Assembly (NCBI RefSeq): GCF_018350175.1
Contig: NC_058368.1
Location: 147,562,001-147,626,000, forward strand
Direction: 5' to 3'
Source of the DNA: Felis catus
Taxonomy: Eukaryota
Length of the DNA stretch: 64,000 nucleotides
Part shown: piece after piece, positions 1-11,453 of the stretch
How positions within the stretch are numbered: the stretch's first letter is position 1
Layout: the number at the start of each line of letters is the position of its first letter
Made by a program: the position numbers and the translations under genes
The notes under the pieces: generated by a model
Told to the model about the DNA's origin: nothing
What the model saw: the letters and a program-made list of their open reading frames with translations, nothing else
Database searches by the model: none

Positions 1-166
1 CCTAAAGAATTTAAAACTATTGCTTGTAATCTTAAACTATGAAAATCTTGTTACATGTAAATTTAAAATTTACTTGAAATTAGTAATATCATAAGTAATT
101 ACTAGCTGATGGTAAATAAGGTTATACAAGCAATAATGTTGAACAAGGAATTTAAAAAAATTCTGA

Positions 167-365
167 GGGGCGCCTGGGTGCCTCATTCGGTTAAGCGTCT
201 GAATTTGGCTCAGGTCATGATCTCTGTTTTTGAGTTTGAGCCCCGTGTCGGTCTCTGTGCTGACAGCTCAGAGCCTGGAGCCTGCTTTGGATTCTGTCTC
301 CTCTCTCTGCCCCTCCCACTTGTGCTCTGTCTCTCAAAAATAAATAAACAAAAAAAAAATTTTTT
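167..365 (+). mobile_element. CAN-SINE (felid SINEC type)
   Basis: ggggcgcctgggtg tRNA-like head, CT tract, aataaa and A tail; TSD core attctgag on both sides. Confidence 0.95.
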
Positions 366-1010
366 AAATGATTCTGAGATTGAAGATTGTTTCTAAGATA
401 CTAGCTAATTCGACTTCTTGAAAGGAAATCATTGTGCAGACATCTAAGTTATTTTCAGGTATGTAGTTCCTAAACTCAAAACGTTGCATGGTAATGTAGA
501 AAATTCAGGGGTAGCACACTGACATAATGGAAGGATTAAATCAGAATAGAGGTTAAAAAATAATGCTCATTGCGCAAACAATTGAATGTGTAGATGTGAC
601 CAGCTACACAACAAAAGAACACTTATAAATCATGATGTCCAGAGATATTTGAGGGCCATACAAAATGGTAGATGAGATAGTAAGTGGTTAGAAGATATGG
701 ACAAGCACCAACAAGGAGATCTTGCAATAGAATCTGTATGAGTATCAGACAGAAGATTTCAATGTTTTTTTGATCTAATACAAACTCTGCAGCTAGCAAT
801 TCATGAGTCATTAGATGTAATACTTGTGGGAGATTTTGGCATATTCTATAAAATAGAATCACAAATCTCCTAATATGGAGTTGGACAAGATGTTGAAGAG
901 TGTTATTATACAAATTAATTAATGTTCTGTAGTGTGCGCTTATTTCAACAATTTAGCAGTTTTTATGCAGTGCTGTGATGATGTTGCTGAACAGTGAATA
1001 TTTACTGATT

Positions 1011-1208
1011 ATTTAGTTAATTTTATTTTAGAGAGAGAATGCATGTGAGCAGCAGAGAGGGGCAGAGGGAGTGAGAGAGGGAATCTGAAGCAGGCTCCAC
1101 ACTCAGGATGGAGCCTGACGTGGGGCTCAATCCCCCAACCCTGGGATGAAATACCTGAGCCAAAATCCTAAGTTGGATGCTCAATGAACTGAACCACCCA
1201 GGTGCTCC
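1011..1208 (-). mobile_element. CAN-SINE, older copy
   Basis: Reverse-complement head (ccacccaggtgctcc), GA tract, T tail. Confidence 0.9.
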
Positions 1209-1224
1209 AACGTTTTTCAGAAAG

Positions 1225-1330
1225 AATCTTACACTAGTGTTACTATCTAAAATCCCTCTCTCATGTTACAGATGAGGTAATTGGAGCACAATAGGCATAG
1301 GTAACTGAACCAAAATAACAAAATTAGCAG
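1225..1330 (-). mobile_element. MIR fragment
   Basis: ttacagatgaggtaattggagcaca resembles the MIR core. Confidence 0.6.
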
Positions 1331-2481
1331 AAAATTCAGTTTTAAACTTTTTGGTTGGGATTTGTGTTAATACCAGCAACTATGTGTCAGTCAATCTTCT
1401 GGCAGTAGTAGACACATAAATGAAGAAACCCTACATGCATTAACTTTGGCCTTCATGTAAGGTACCTTGTTTCCAAATGATAGGATAATTTAGGTACCTG
1501 TATTGAAGGAATGTGGGGTAGGATTTTGTTGCTAGAATCCTATTAATTCCCACCTCCTTTTAGAATTTCTTGCTGGGACTTTATACGTACTGTCTTTAAC
1601 AACCAGTTAGAAGTATCCAACCTTAAAAGCAATGTCTCCAGTATAAGTTGCTGGAGAAAAAGGGTAATGCTACATTTAAAATGTTTTTTCAGTATTCCAG
1701 TTTTCTCTCTAAAAGTCAAATCCAGATTCTGAAGCCATACATTTTTATTCCAGATTAATGAAAAAGACAACTCTAACTTTGATTTCAATTTCCAACAAAA
1801 GGAAACACCATAGTGTCATGATTTAATCAGACATTTGCTCAATCTTACACTATATGATTTCTAATGATGAGTTTTTCTTCAAAATCTTTGTGATGCAGGG
1901 TATTTAACAAGATCGTAAATGTAAGGTCTAAGCTGTTGCAGCAGTGAATTCCAAGTATTGATATGGTTCTCTGTCCTTATCTTTAGTTGCCACTGACAGT
2001 CATTCTTCCTAGTATTAGAGTATTCATCTAAAGTTTCTTTCACTTGACATCAAGTTGTCTTGAGGATTGAAATGATTTTATTCTTACAAAAGATTGCGTT
2101 GAAATTGATCCCATTTTAGCTTACATTTGATTTTGCCATTATTTGAACTGGGCTTGAATATATTTAACACTGAGCAGACAAATTCTTATGGAAGGCTATC
2201 TTGATTAACTTGTTCTTCCAGCAAAGTATTGCACAAATTGAAATTGCACTAAAATATATAATATACTTGAATTTTGAGTAGGTTATTCTAGTGCTATTTA
2301 ACTGGAAAAAAATGGGTAGAAAGTTGTTCTTTTCATCCCCCCAAAGAAAAAGTCTAATGACCTCAAAAGAATCCCTTTTCATTCCCTAAATATTTTACCA
2401 GTACACAAAACTAGTAATTCAAGACATCGATAAAACAAGTAAGAAATATTAATTTTTTAGTTTTGGAATTATCCTTCTTTA

Positions 2482-2505
2482 AACAACAACAACAACAACA
2501 ACAAC
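2482..2505. repeat. (AAC)8 microsatellite
   Basis: Read directly. Confidence 0.95.
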
Positions 2506-3299
2506 ACCCCACCTTACCTATGAATGAAAATTCAGAAAGATCAGAAAAAACAGGGGGTAGTAAGCTGGGCTTTGCCATTAGGGAAGTTTATATGCCAGAC
2601 TTTCTCTTCTCTTGGAGCTAAAATTCTCCTTTTCATTATAAATGGGAAAGGAAAGTTATTTCTTCCTAAAAACTCTTAGTCTTTCCAACTTAATTTAAGC
2701 ACCTAGAACTGAAAAACTCTCATTTTTACACTTTGCTCCAGTTGTCTTCAATTTATTTGAGTATTTTATGAGCTAAGAAGATAGAATGTTTAATGATTTA
2801 AAGAGTTGATAATTCCCTTTCCACATAGACTAAGATGTTTTGTGGATTACATGGTCCTATAATGTTGGTAGGGGATCTTAGTTATCTCCCTTCTTTAAAA
2901 ACAGGTTATTTATGATCATTTATCTCATTATTTTTATAGTAGAATACAAATGCTTAGCATATTTTAATATAGAAACATAATTTTTCTTCAGATTCATTAG
3001 AAAAACATTAAAATTAAGTACTAGAGTAAGTATTACTTGCCTTTAAGAAGATGGGAGCAAATTATCTATTTGATTTAGGCTGTGGAACCAGCAGCCACAA
3101 AAATCTATTTTGAAAGAGTAACAAATGAATTTTTGATTGGAAAAAAAAAGGAGGGCAACAGAGTGTCACTTTGTGAATATTTGGTGGTTGAATCTATCAA
3201 AAGGTGACCATGAAGAGCATTATTTGATGGGTCAGGAGCCAAATGGGAATCCAATTATCACTACAATGATCATATAATCAAAATACACAGCCTAGCCTT

Positions 3300-3518
3300 C
3301 ACTTGAATGAGTTATACCTTTGCTGGTCCCTAAGAGCTACACTCGTTCTCCCAGCACCAGAAGGTGAGAACTGACTTCATCAGAAACCAACATCTTGCTA
3401 CTCAATCATGTAGCAAATATTACACGTGTTTCTCCATGTTACAAAAGGTAACTAAGGAAGCCAAAAAAGTCACTCTGTTTATGGTAATTTATTACAGCAG
3501 CCCCGGGAAACTGATACA
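3300..3518 (+). mobile_element. MaLR MLT1-type LTR, 3' part
   Basis: Ends tggtaatttattacagcagccccgggaaactgataca, a typical MLT1 terminus; start approximate. Confidence 0.7.
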
Positions 3519-3519
3519 A

Positions 3520-3995
3520 CTACTTAAAAAATATTCCCTCTTATTAGTACATGGATTGAATGGGCTCAGTTTGGCAACTCTTGCTTGGGGTCTTTCATGA
3601 GGTTGCTGTCAGATAGGCGGGAGTTTTACAGAATTAAAAGCTTGACTGGACTGGACACCAGGAAGGCCCACTAATATGGCAGATCTCTGATGCTGGCTAT
3701 GAGCTGGGAGCTCAGCTAAAGCTATAAGATTGGAGACATTCCATGTGGCTTGGGTTTCTCACAGCATGGCAGTACCAAGAGCCTCCCAAAAGCATCCCAG
3801 GAGTGAGCTTGTCAAGAGACCTGAGCTAAAACTGCAATGTTCGCTATGACCTCACCCCAGAAGTCCCAGACATCATTTCCATTGTATTCTATTGGTCAGG
3901 GAAATGCAACGTGGTCCAAATCCAAAGATAGGTGAATTAGTTTCTACTTCTAAATAGGAAAATAAACAAAGTGTTTGTGGTCAACTTTAATTTGT
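3520..3995 (-). mobile_element. Old MaLR LTR (MLT1I/J/K-like)
   Basis: ccatgtggcttgggtttctcacagcatggc and cagaagtcccagacatcatttccattgtattctattgg motifs. Confidence 0.8.
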
Positions 3996-4324
3996 GGTTA
4001 TGCTTTAACCACGTCAGGTTATACTTTTTAGTTTTAAAACAATGTAGGGTAATCCTAACATTTGAATCTAGACAGTTTTATTTTATAATATGGTATGTCA
4101 TACAACCTGTTCCAGGAACACGGCTTCTTGATTTTTCCTATACAACCAATATGCTAAAATGTTCCTTCAAAACTTAACATACAGTCTTCGGTTTGTCAGT
4201 TTTGCCAAATTCCTATCTAAGTCTTTGGACACAGTTTATGTCCCTGCTCTTCCATTAATCTCTCACCAGTTTTAGTCTAGACCTCCCACACCCTCCATGT
4301 GTATGTATAGTAGTGACAGGAACC

Positions 4325-4825
4325 CAAATGAGACTGAGAACTGGCAATTGGGTGAAAGGCTGCAATAATTTCTCGCAGAGGCTGACATCAGGCTTCTGTG
4401 TGCTTACTCCCAATTCCTTCTCATTATATGAACACTGTAACACACTAAGTGGTGCCCATCTATCTTACTCTTCGGAACAACTGGACTCATTCCCTTAATA
4501 CTTCGTGGTCAATACACACTGTCACTTTGATCTTGCTGCCCACTGATGGAATCACTTCTATTTTACAGTTGTGAGTTTCCACCTAGGCTCTCTCATTATG
4601 CTTTACTGTTAGACTGATATTTAATAGCAATGGCACTGCTCTCAGTGCCCGCTTCTGGAGGACAGCTTCCACTGATCACCCTACGGATGCTGCCACCTCC
4701 ATCGCTGGTGCATTCCTCACTTCTTTAGCAAAGGCAGCGTCCTCTGGCAACTTCTGAGGAGCACAGTCCTCAATGGATTCTCAAGCCATATGACGTTCCC
4801 TCCTAACATTCCCAAGTCCCAGAGC
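4325..4825 (-). mobile_element. ERV-L internal fragment (degenerate gag)
   Basis: Minus-strand peptides LGML, PEDAAFAKEVRNA..SVEAVL, VPKSKIDG and QKPDVS..QPFTQLPVLS resemble ERV-L Gag motifs in the expected order. Confidence 0.7.
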
Positions 4826-4879
4826 TGTCTCCAGTGGAAGAAGAGAGGGTGTAAGAAAGGAAGGAGGAAAATACAGAGT

Positions 4880-5070
4880 AAATGAAATACAGAGTCATAA
4901 GAGCTATAAAGTCAACAAAAATCTGTAACATGGAGGCATAATTTAATAGCTACTTTAGATTGGACTATCAGGTAAGGTCTCTCTGATGAAATGAGGTTTA
5001 ATCTGAAAACTGAATGAAATGAATGAGCCAATTATTTAAAACTAATAGATGAAAGAGTATTAAGAAGGAA
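4880..5070 (-). mobile_element. L2 fragment
   Basis: tcaggtaaggtctctctgatgaaatgaggtttaatctgaaaactgaatga L2-like motif. Confidence 0.6.
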
Positions 5071-5212
5071 GGTTTAATTTATATTTTGAATTTATATCTT
5101 TCTTAATCTTCAAATTTTATATTTCCAATTCTTTCTGGATTTGTCCACACTTACTTCAAATATAACATATAAAAATCTGAATGAATAACCCCTAACCCAT
5201 AAACTTGCTTGC

Positions 5213-5672
5213 TGTATTCGTTTCCTAGCTGTGCCATAACAAACTACCACTAAGTTAGGTGACTTAAAACAATAGAAATCTGTTGTGTCTCAGTTCTGGG
5301 AGCTAGAAGTCCAAAATCAAGTTGTCACAGTTGGTTCCTTCTGAAGGCCTTGAGAGATAACTGTTCCTGCCCCTTTCCTAGTTTCTGGTGGTTATCAGCA
5401 GTCCTTGGCAGTCCTTGGCTCCTGACAACATCACCCCCACCTGTGCCGACATCTCCACGTGGCCTTATTTCCTGTGTATGTGTGGCCCTGTGTGTCCCGT
5501 CCTCTCCTTGAAGGTCACCAGTCAATGGATTCAGGGTCTACTCTTATGCACTATGACTCATCTTAACTTGATTATATCTGCAAAGAATATTTTCAAATAA
5601 AGTCCATTCACCGAGTCCAGAGGTCAGAACTTGAAGAACACGTCTTTTTAGACAACAGTTCAACCCACAACA
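5213..5672 (-). mobile_element. MaLR solo LTR (MLT1B/C-like), apparently inserted into an L2
   Basis: tg...ca termini, perfect 5-bp TSD cttgc (5208-5212 and 5673-5677). Confidence 0.92.
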
Positions 5673-5679
5673 CTTGCCA

Positions 5680-6020
5680 TCGCCATCCTGTATTCCCAAT
5701 ATTAGTAGTAATGGACACCTATCCCAGCCTATCACTGTCCATTCAGTCACTAAAGTATTTTCCATTAGGTATTTTTAGTATTTCTTAAATGCATCCAATT
5801 CTATCCATATCTTGTTATATTATTTTAGACACTCATTACTTTTAGAGCCTTCTAAAAGGGCCTTCCAAAAAGTCTCTTTGCCTCTAATGTCTTCTTTCAC
5901 TGAATCCATGCTTCCCAAATGCATTCTACAGCCAGATTATTTTTAAATCCAAAAAGAACCAAATATACTTGAATCATGTCACTCTCCTGCTAAAAAACAT
6001 TCAAGGCTTTTATGGCAAAT
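5680..6020 (+). mobile_element. L2 fragment
   Basis: atcatgtcactctcctgctaaaaaacattcaaggct L2-like motif. Confidence 0.6.
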
Positions 6021-6028
6021 AAAAAAAA

Positions 6029-6071
6029 ATATATATATATATGTATATATATATATATGTATATATATATA
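6029..6071. repeat. (TA)n microsatellite
   Basis: Read directly. Confidence 0.95.
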
Positions 6072-6106
6072 AACAAGTAAAAACAAACTTAAAAATATGA
6101 TTTTAT

Positions 6107-6292
6107 TTTTTTAAATGTTTATTTATTTATTTTGAGAGGGGGGTAGAGGCAGAGAGACAGAAGGAGAGAGAGAATAGCTTGCACTGTCAGTGCAGAGCCC
6201 GACACAGGGCTCTATCTCACGAACCTCAAGATTATGACCTGGGCTGAAATCAAGAGTTGGATGCCCAACTGACTGAGCCATGCAGGCACCTC
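6107..6292 (-). mobile_element. CAN-SINE
   Basis: TSD taaaaatatgattttat at 6090-6106 and 6293-6309. Confidence 0.95.
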
Positions 6293-6339
6293 TAAAAATA
6301 TGATTTTATATGTTTTAGAGGAATAATTAAAATCTGCCT

Positions 6340-7010
6340 TTGAATTTAGAAACACTTTCATTCAGCATCACTTCTTACCCACACTGTAGCGTAGGTGATT
6401 TTTAGTCTTTGAATCTCACTTTTTTTTTCACTTGTTATATCCAACTAAAATAACTAAATGGAATTATAAGATTATTATGAAGATGAAGAGCTTAGCACAA
6501 TTCCTGGCACATAGTAAAAGCCTAAAAATTCAGAATTCCCATCTGCCATCTCTCCCATTTGCCACACTCTCATGCCAATCTTGTCTTGCTCTTTGCTGAA
6601 TGTGCTCATTCAGCAGAATGTCTTGCATTTTCTACATTGTACGATTTACTCTCCTATTTCTTGGCCTTTGCACCTGACTTGAAAATGTGTTGAACTCCCA
6701 CATTTACTGGGTTATTTTCTTCACAAATCTTTAATCATGTTGGACACAGGTATCAGCTCTGCCAGGAAGCTAACTTTTATTTCTTAGTCTTAGAGTTTCT
6801 CCTTGTGCACACTCTTGTCCCAGCATTTGTCAGTGTCAGTTGCGACTGTCATTTCCTATTTCAGTGTGCTTCAATATGCTATCGGCTCTGAGAGCAGGAA
6901 GCACACCATAAACTCCTATCACCAGCTCCTAGCACAGTGGTCCATATTTCTAGAATGGAATTGCAGTATCTCCAACTTAAAATAGAGGTTGACATATAGT
7001 GAATGAACAA
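6340..7010 (+). mobile_element. MIR followed by L2 3' fragments
   Basis: gcttagcacaattcctggcacatagtaa; L2-like 3' segment ending gaatgaa. Confidence 0.5.
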
Positions 7011-7829
7011 TAAAGACATGATTACTGAATGGATATGAAAACTGCTTTATTTAAATTGACAAATATTGAAAGATACTTATCAGGAAATTTCACTCTGACT
7101 GTAAACAGTAAGCCAGTATAATTCAAACTCAGAAAGAAAGATGCATAGCTACTTTGATGAGTAAGTACTTGTTTGGCATCCATGAGACTTGGATCCTATC
7201 TCTCTGAGCATCTATATAGCTATGGACCAATTACTTTGTTTTTCCTGGTTACAAGTTTCCTTGTCTGAGAAGTAACGTTCTTGGATTACAATCTCTAAGG
7301 CCTATTCTAGGTCTAAATTCTTTAATTTTTATATAAGCAATTTTTATTTGAATTGAATTTTTATATATAATTGAAGAACCCATGGCACTTTTTCATGTAG
7401 ATTTAAATTAAGAGAATCCACCTATATAGCCCTTGAGTTAAAAATAAGTCCTGCCTTGACAATTTTCAATAGGAATACTCTAAGTGCCCTAGTTACAGAA
7501 GAATTTTTCATGAGGAATGATGAAGTTTTATGTGTCCCCTTGTTGTCTATCCAAAAAACAAAGTACTAGGTACATTTCCTATAGTTAAAAATTAAAAGTA
7601 AATATTCTAAAAAATATTCAGCAGTGGGAGGAGTATGCAGGTAATTAGTTAAATCTTTGCTTTTTACAGATAGACCAGTAGAAACACAGAGGTTAGTCAT
7701 GGCTGTCCAAAGATATTGGGGGTAAGGCAGTGATGGATGAGAATCCAGTCCTAATTCTTTCAGGGGTGGTCTTACTACTAAGCTAGACTTTTTCTATCTT
7801 TGGAATACTGATGACATTATCACTCATTT

Positions 7830-8520
7830 GAAAACTAGGAGCAATCAGAAACAAACATCCACAAGCACCTATAGCATCTACACAGTTACCAGCATCTATA
7901 CCCAAACAGCCTGCCTTCTGCCTTGACCCTATTACTATGGATGGCCTCTCCTTGCTCTCCTAAGGTCAACTCTTTCATTTATGCCTAAGATTTCATTCCC
8001 CTGGCCTACTCAACAATGTCATTGCTATTTGACTTCTCTCTTCAAAAGCACCATCCATTTTTCACAGTGTAGAGAATCATTCCCATTAGCACACAAACAT
8101 ACTATTATTTGTCTCATGTCAGAACAATTTATTTTGGCCCCACTTTTCCTGAGTTCTAATATCCTGATTTTATTTACAGAAAAACTTCATACCAGAGTTG
8201 TCTCTATACTCTGCTTTGCCTTCAGTTTCTCTTTTTCCTTTGGTCTTTTAAAAATTTACTCCAACCAAGCTCAAATTCTTGCTAAGGGAAACACTAGTGT
8301 CCACATTGCCAATTCCAGTGGTCAGTTCTGAGTACTCATCTTACTTGTTCTATCAATAACATTTGACAGAGCATAACAGTTGCTCTTCTCTGAAACACCA
8401 GTTTCACTTGCATCTCATGACAATGTCTTCTTGATGGTTTTCTTCCTACCATTCAGTCACTACTTCTCAGAGTACTTAACTGTCTTCTGCTCATATGTCC
8501 AAACTCTAATTATTGGTGTC
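7830..8520 (+). mobile_element. L2 fragment
   Basis: gccaattccagtggtcagttctgagtactcatcttacttg..catttgaca, typical of L2 RT-region remnants. Confidence 0.8.
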
Positions 8521-8524
8521 CCAC

Positions 8525-9202
8525 GCCCTGGAGATGGAGGGGGCCACGTGACCAGGAATGAGAGTAGCCTCCAGAAGTCCAGAGAGGCTAGTGGCTGAGA
8601 GCCAACAAAGAAATGTGGACTCCAGTCCTACAAAAGCAAAGAACTGAATTCTGCCAATGATCTTAATAAACTTGCAAGCAGATTCTACCTCAGAGTCACC
8701 AGAGAAGAACTCAACTAAATTGATACCTTGTAATTATTAATTTTACTTGTCACATGGTGTGAGCTAGGGTTTTCCCAGAGAGCTAGTACAACATTTCTGG
8801 GTGTATTTGTGAGGGTGTTTCTGAAAGAGATTAGCAGGTGAACTGGTGTACTTGTAAACTAGGTGAACTGAGTAAAGCACAGAGTCCTTCCCAGCGTGGG
8901 TGAGCATCATCGAATACACTGGGGGCTCCCAATAGAACCAATGGAAAGAAAGGGCAAATTCACTCTTTGTGTTTGACCTAGTATATCCAACTTCTCCTGC
9001 CTTTGGATATCAGTCTTTCTGGTTCTTTGACCTTCAGATACAGGCAAGACTGACAACCACTGTCTCCCCTGGTTCTCAGGCCTTGGACTTAGACTATACC
9101 GCTGGCTTTCCTTGTTTTTCTTGCTTCTTGATGGCAGATAGTGGGACTTCCTGGCCTCCATTATTGTCTGAGCTAATTCCTGTAATAAATCTTCGTGTGT
9201 GA

Positions 9203-9250
<48 letters not shown>

Positions 9251-9457
9251 GAATATAGCTATATCTATCCATCCTACTGGCCCTGGTTTTCTGGAGAACC
9301 CTAATATACACTTTAACGTCAGCCTTTGAGACCCTAAGCAGAGAACCCAAGCACACCATGCTTGAATTTGACTTAGAGAACTATGAGCTAATAAATGGAT
9401 ATTATTTTAAACTGTGTTTGTGGTAATTTGTTAAATAGCCACAGAAACTAAATATAG
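8525..9457 (+). mobile_element. MLT1D-like LTR split by an MLT2 LTR
   Basis: caaagaactgaattctgccaa upstream; resumes at about 9310 with cagcctttgagaccctaagcagagaaccca and ends gaaactaaatata. Confidence 0.8.
8729..9310 (+). mobile_element. MLT2-type (ERV-L) solo LTR with (TG)n at about 9195-9246
   Basis: Starts tgtaattattaattttacttgtca; tctgggtgtatttgtgagggtgtttctg; aataaa; ends tctggagaaccctaatataca. Confidence 0.88.
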
Positions 9458-10469
9458 CATGTAATAATATGTGTTGAACCAATAACATTTTATTATTCAA
9501 TCCTTTCAAAATAATTGATATTTTTATTGTCATGAATGATTTTATATTTAATAAAAGATTCAATTTCTCTATTTCCTGAACTATATTTTTGTTTCTTGTC
9601 AAATGCATAGTATTATTTTTCAGTTTCACAAGATTAAAAGACAGTTATTTGATAATTTAGAGACCTATTCAGTACAATGTCTCGTTTCTTAGAATTAAAT
9701 CATATTTACATTTTCATTAAAACTTTTGTTAGTCAATGATGTGTTGGAGTCTTGAAATTTAATGTCTAAAGACAGGCTTAGATTTCAGGCTTTTTCACAA
9801 TCTGAGGTCAAATGTATTTTTTTTCCACACCACTGGCTACTAATGACAGCTATTCCATTTTTAGTTTGGGAGATCACAATTTGAAAATGATTGAGCATGG
9901 CAAATTAGAGCACATATGCATAATAGGTTTTCACCTAGCACCTACTTTCCAAATTCCCATCTATTCTGCACAGCCTCACTAACAGGCAAGTGTTACATTT
10001 TAATCACACTTTCTAACACAAGCTTTTCCTTTTTCTGTTGAAAAATAAATTAGGTCTTCTTCCCATCTGCATATCCTCTCATAAGAAGTAAGTGCTATCC
10101 TAGTATTTTTATGTTAATTCAAAAGTAAAACCATCATTTCTTAACCTTTTTTTTTTCAATCTTCACAAAATCTACAAGTAACTTTTGGCTTATTACTCAG
10201 ACTGAGAAATATTTGATGTTAATAGCTAAATGTAAAGATCAATTAGAGAAAGATTTAAATGTTCAGTATCATATGGAAGAGCCAAGATAAAATATGATAG
10301 GAGGTGGCTGAACTCTTTTCACCATTTGCCAGAGAATTAAAAATCTGTTATTACTGGTTTAATTGTTCTTCTGGTTGTCAGCTATTTATATAAAATCTTG
10401 AAATTTAAAAAATAAAAAGATTCACACTAAGAGATGCCATGCTGACACAGAGGCAGATTCTATTAGATT

Positions 10470-10494
10470 TATTTTTTAATGTTTGTTTATTTTT

Positions 10495-10545
<51 letters not shown>

Positions 10546-10712
10546 CATGAGTGGAAGAGGGGCAGAGAGAGAGGGAGACACAGAATCGGAAGCAGCCTCC
10601 AGGCTCTGAGCTGTCAGCACAGAGCCCGATGCGGGGATCAAACCCATGAGCTGTGAGATCATGACCTGAGCCAAAGTTGGACGCTCAACCCATTGAGCCA
10701 CCCAGGTGCCCC
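10470..10712 (-). mobile_element. CAN-SINE with long (GA)n
   Basis: Complete reverse-complement head and tail. Confidence 0.95.
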
Positions 10713-11233
10713 GAAGATTTCTTAAACCAGATACTACTCTTTTATTCAGTTAATATTTCTGATAAACTGCTGTTCATAGTTCTTAGTTTTCTTGGTTGAT
10801 TGCCTATGAGAACAAAGTAAATGTTTTTCTCTGGATAACAATTACTACCAAGTGGGAAAATTTCTCCTTTTCACATTAAAAAAGTAGTAAAATTGTAGAA
10901 TATGCAGCTAAAAGGAGACAGCAATTTTTTTTTTCCTGAGAGTTGATTAAAAATGAAAGCAGAAGTCTCACTCAAGGAATATTATTTGCTTGACTGTACT
11001 ATCATCTGATGTGACTTTACCTGTGAGATGATAAGTGTTACAAAAAGTGGGCAAAAAGAAGGTCAGAGGTCTTGTTTTCAACTACAGCAGTAAGGCATGT
11101 TAAGATATACATTATGTGAACTTGCTTTATTCCTGACTGTATTCCTGTGTATTTTTCTCTCCTTTATCTTCCCTGGAATCCTGCTTTACTCTCTTCTTAC
11201 ATGTTCTTTCTCCAAGTCTCTTAGTAAACTACC

Positions 11234-11453
11234 TTTTTAAAAAAAATTTTAATGTTTATTTATTATTTTTGAGAGGGAGACAGAGTGCAAGTGGGGGAAG
11301 GGCAGGGAGAGAGGGAGACACAGAATCTGAAGCAGGCTTCCAGGCTTTGAACTGTCAGCACAAAACCCCATGTGGGGTTCGAACTCACAAACTGTGAAAT
11401 CATGACCTGAGCTCAAGTCGGAAGCTCAACCGACTGAGCCACCCAGGCACCCC
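11234..11453 (-). mobile_element. CAN-SINE
   Basis: Degenerate TSD tagtaaactac / tactaaactac. Confidence 0.95.

Noticed and set aside
109..396. 95-aa ORF and the similar ORFs containing LAQVMIS/GSGHDL/LSLSL
   Set aside because: Translations of CAN-SINEs, not genes
8907..9359. Longest ORF (150 aa) with an HT repeat
   Set aside because: Antisense reading of the MLT2 LTR and its (TG)n tract
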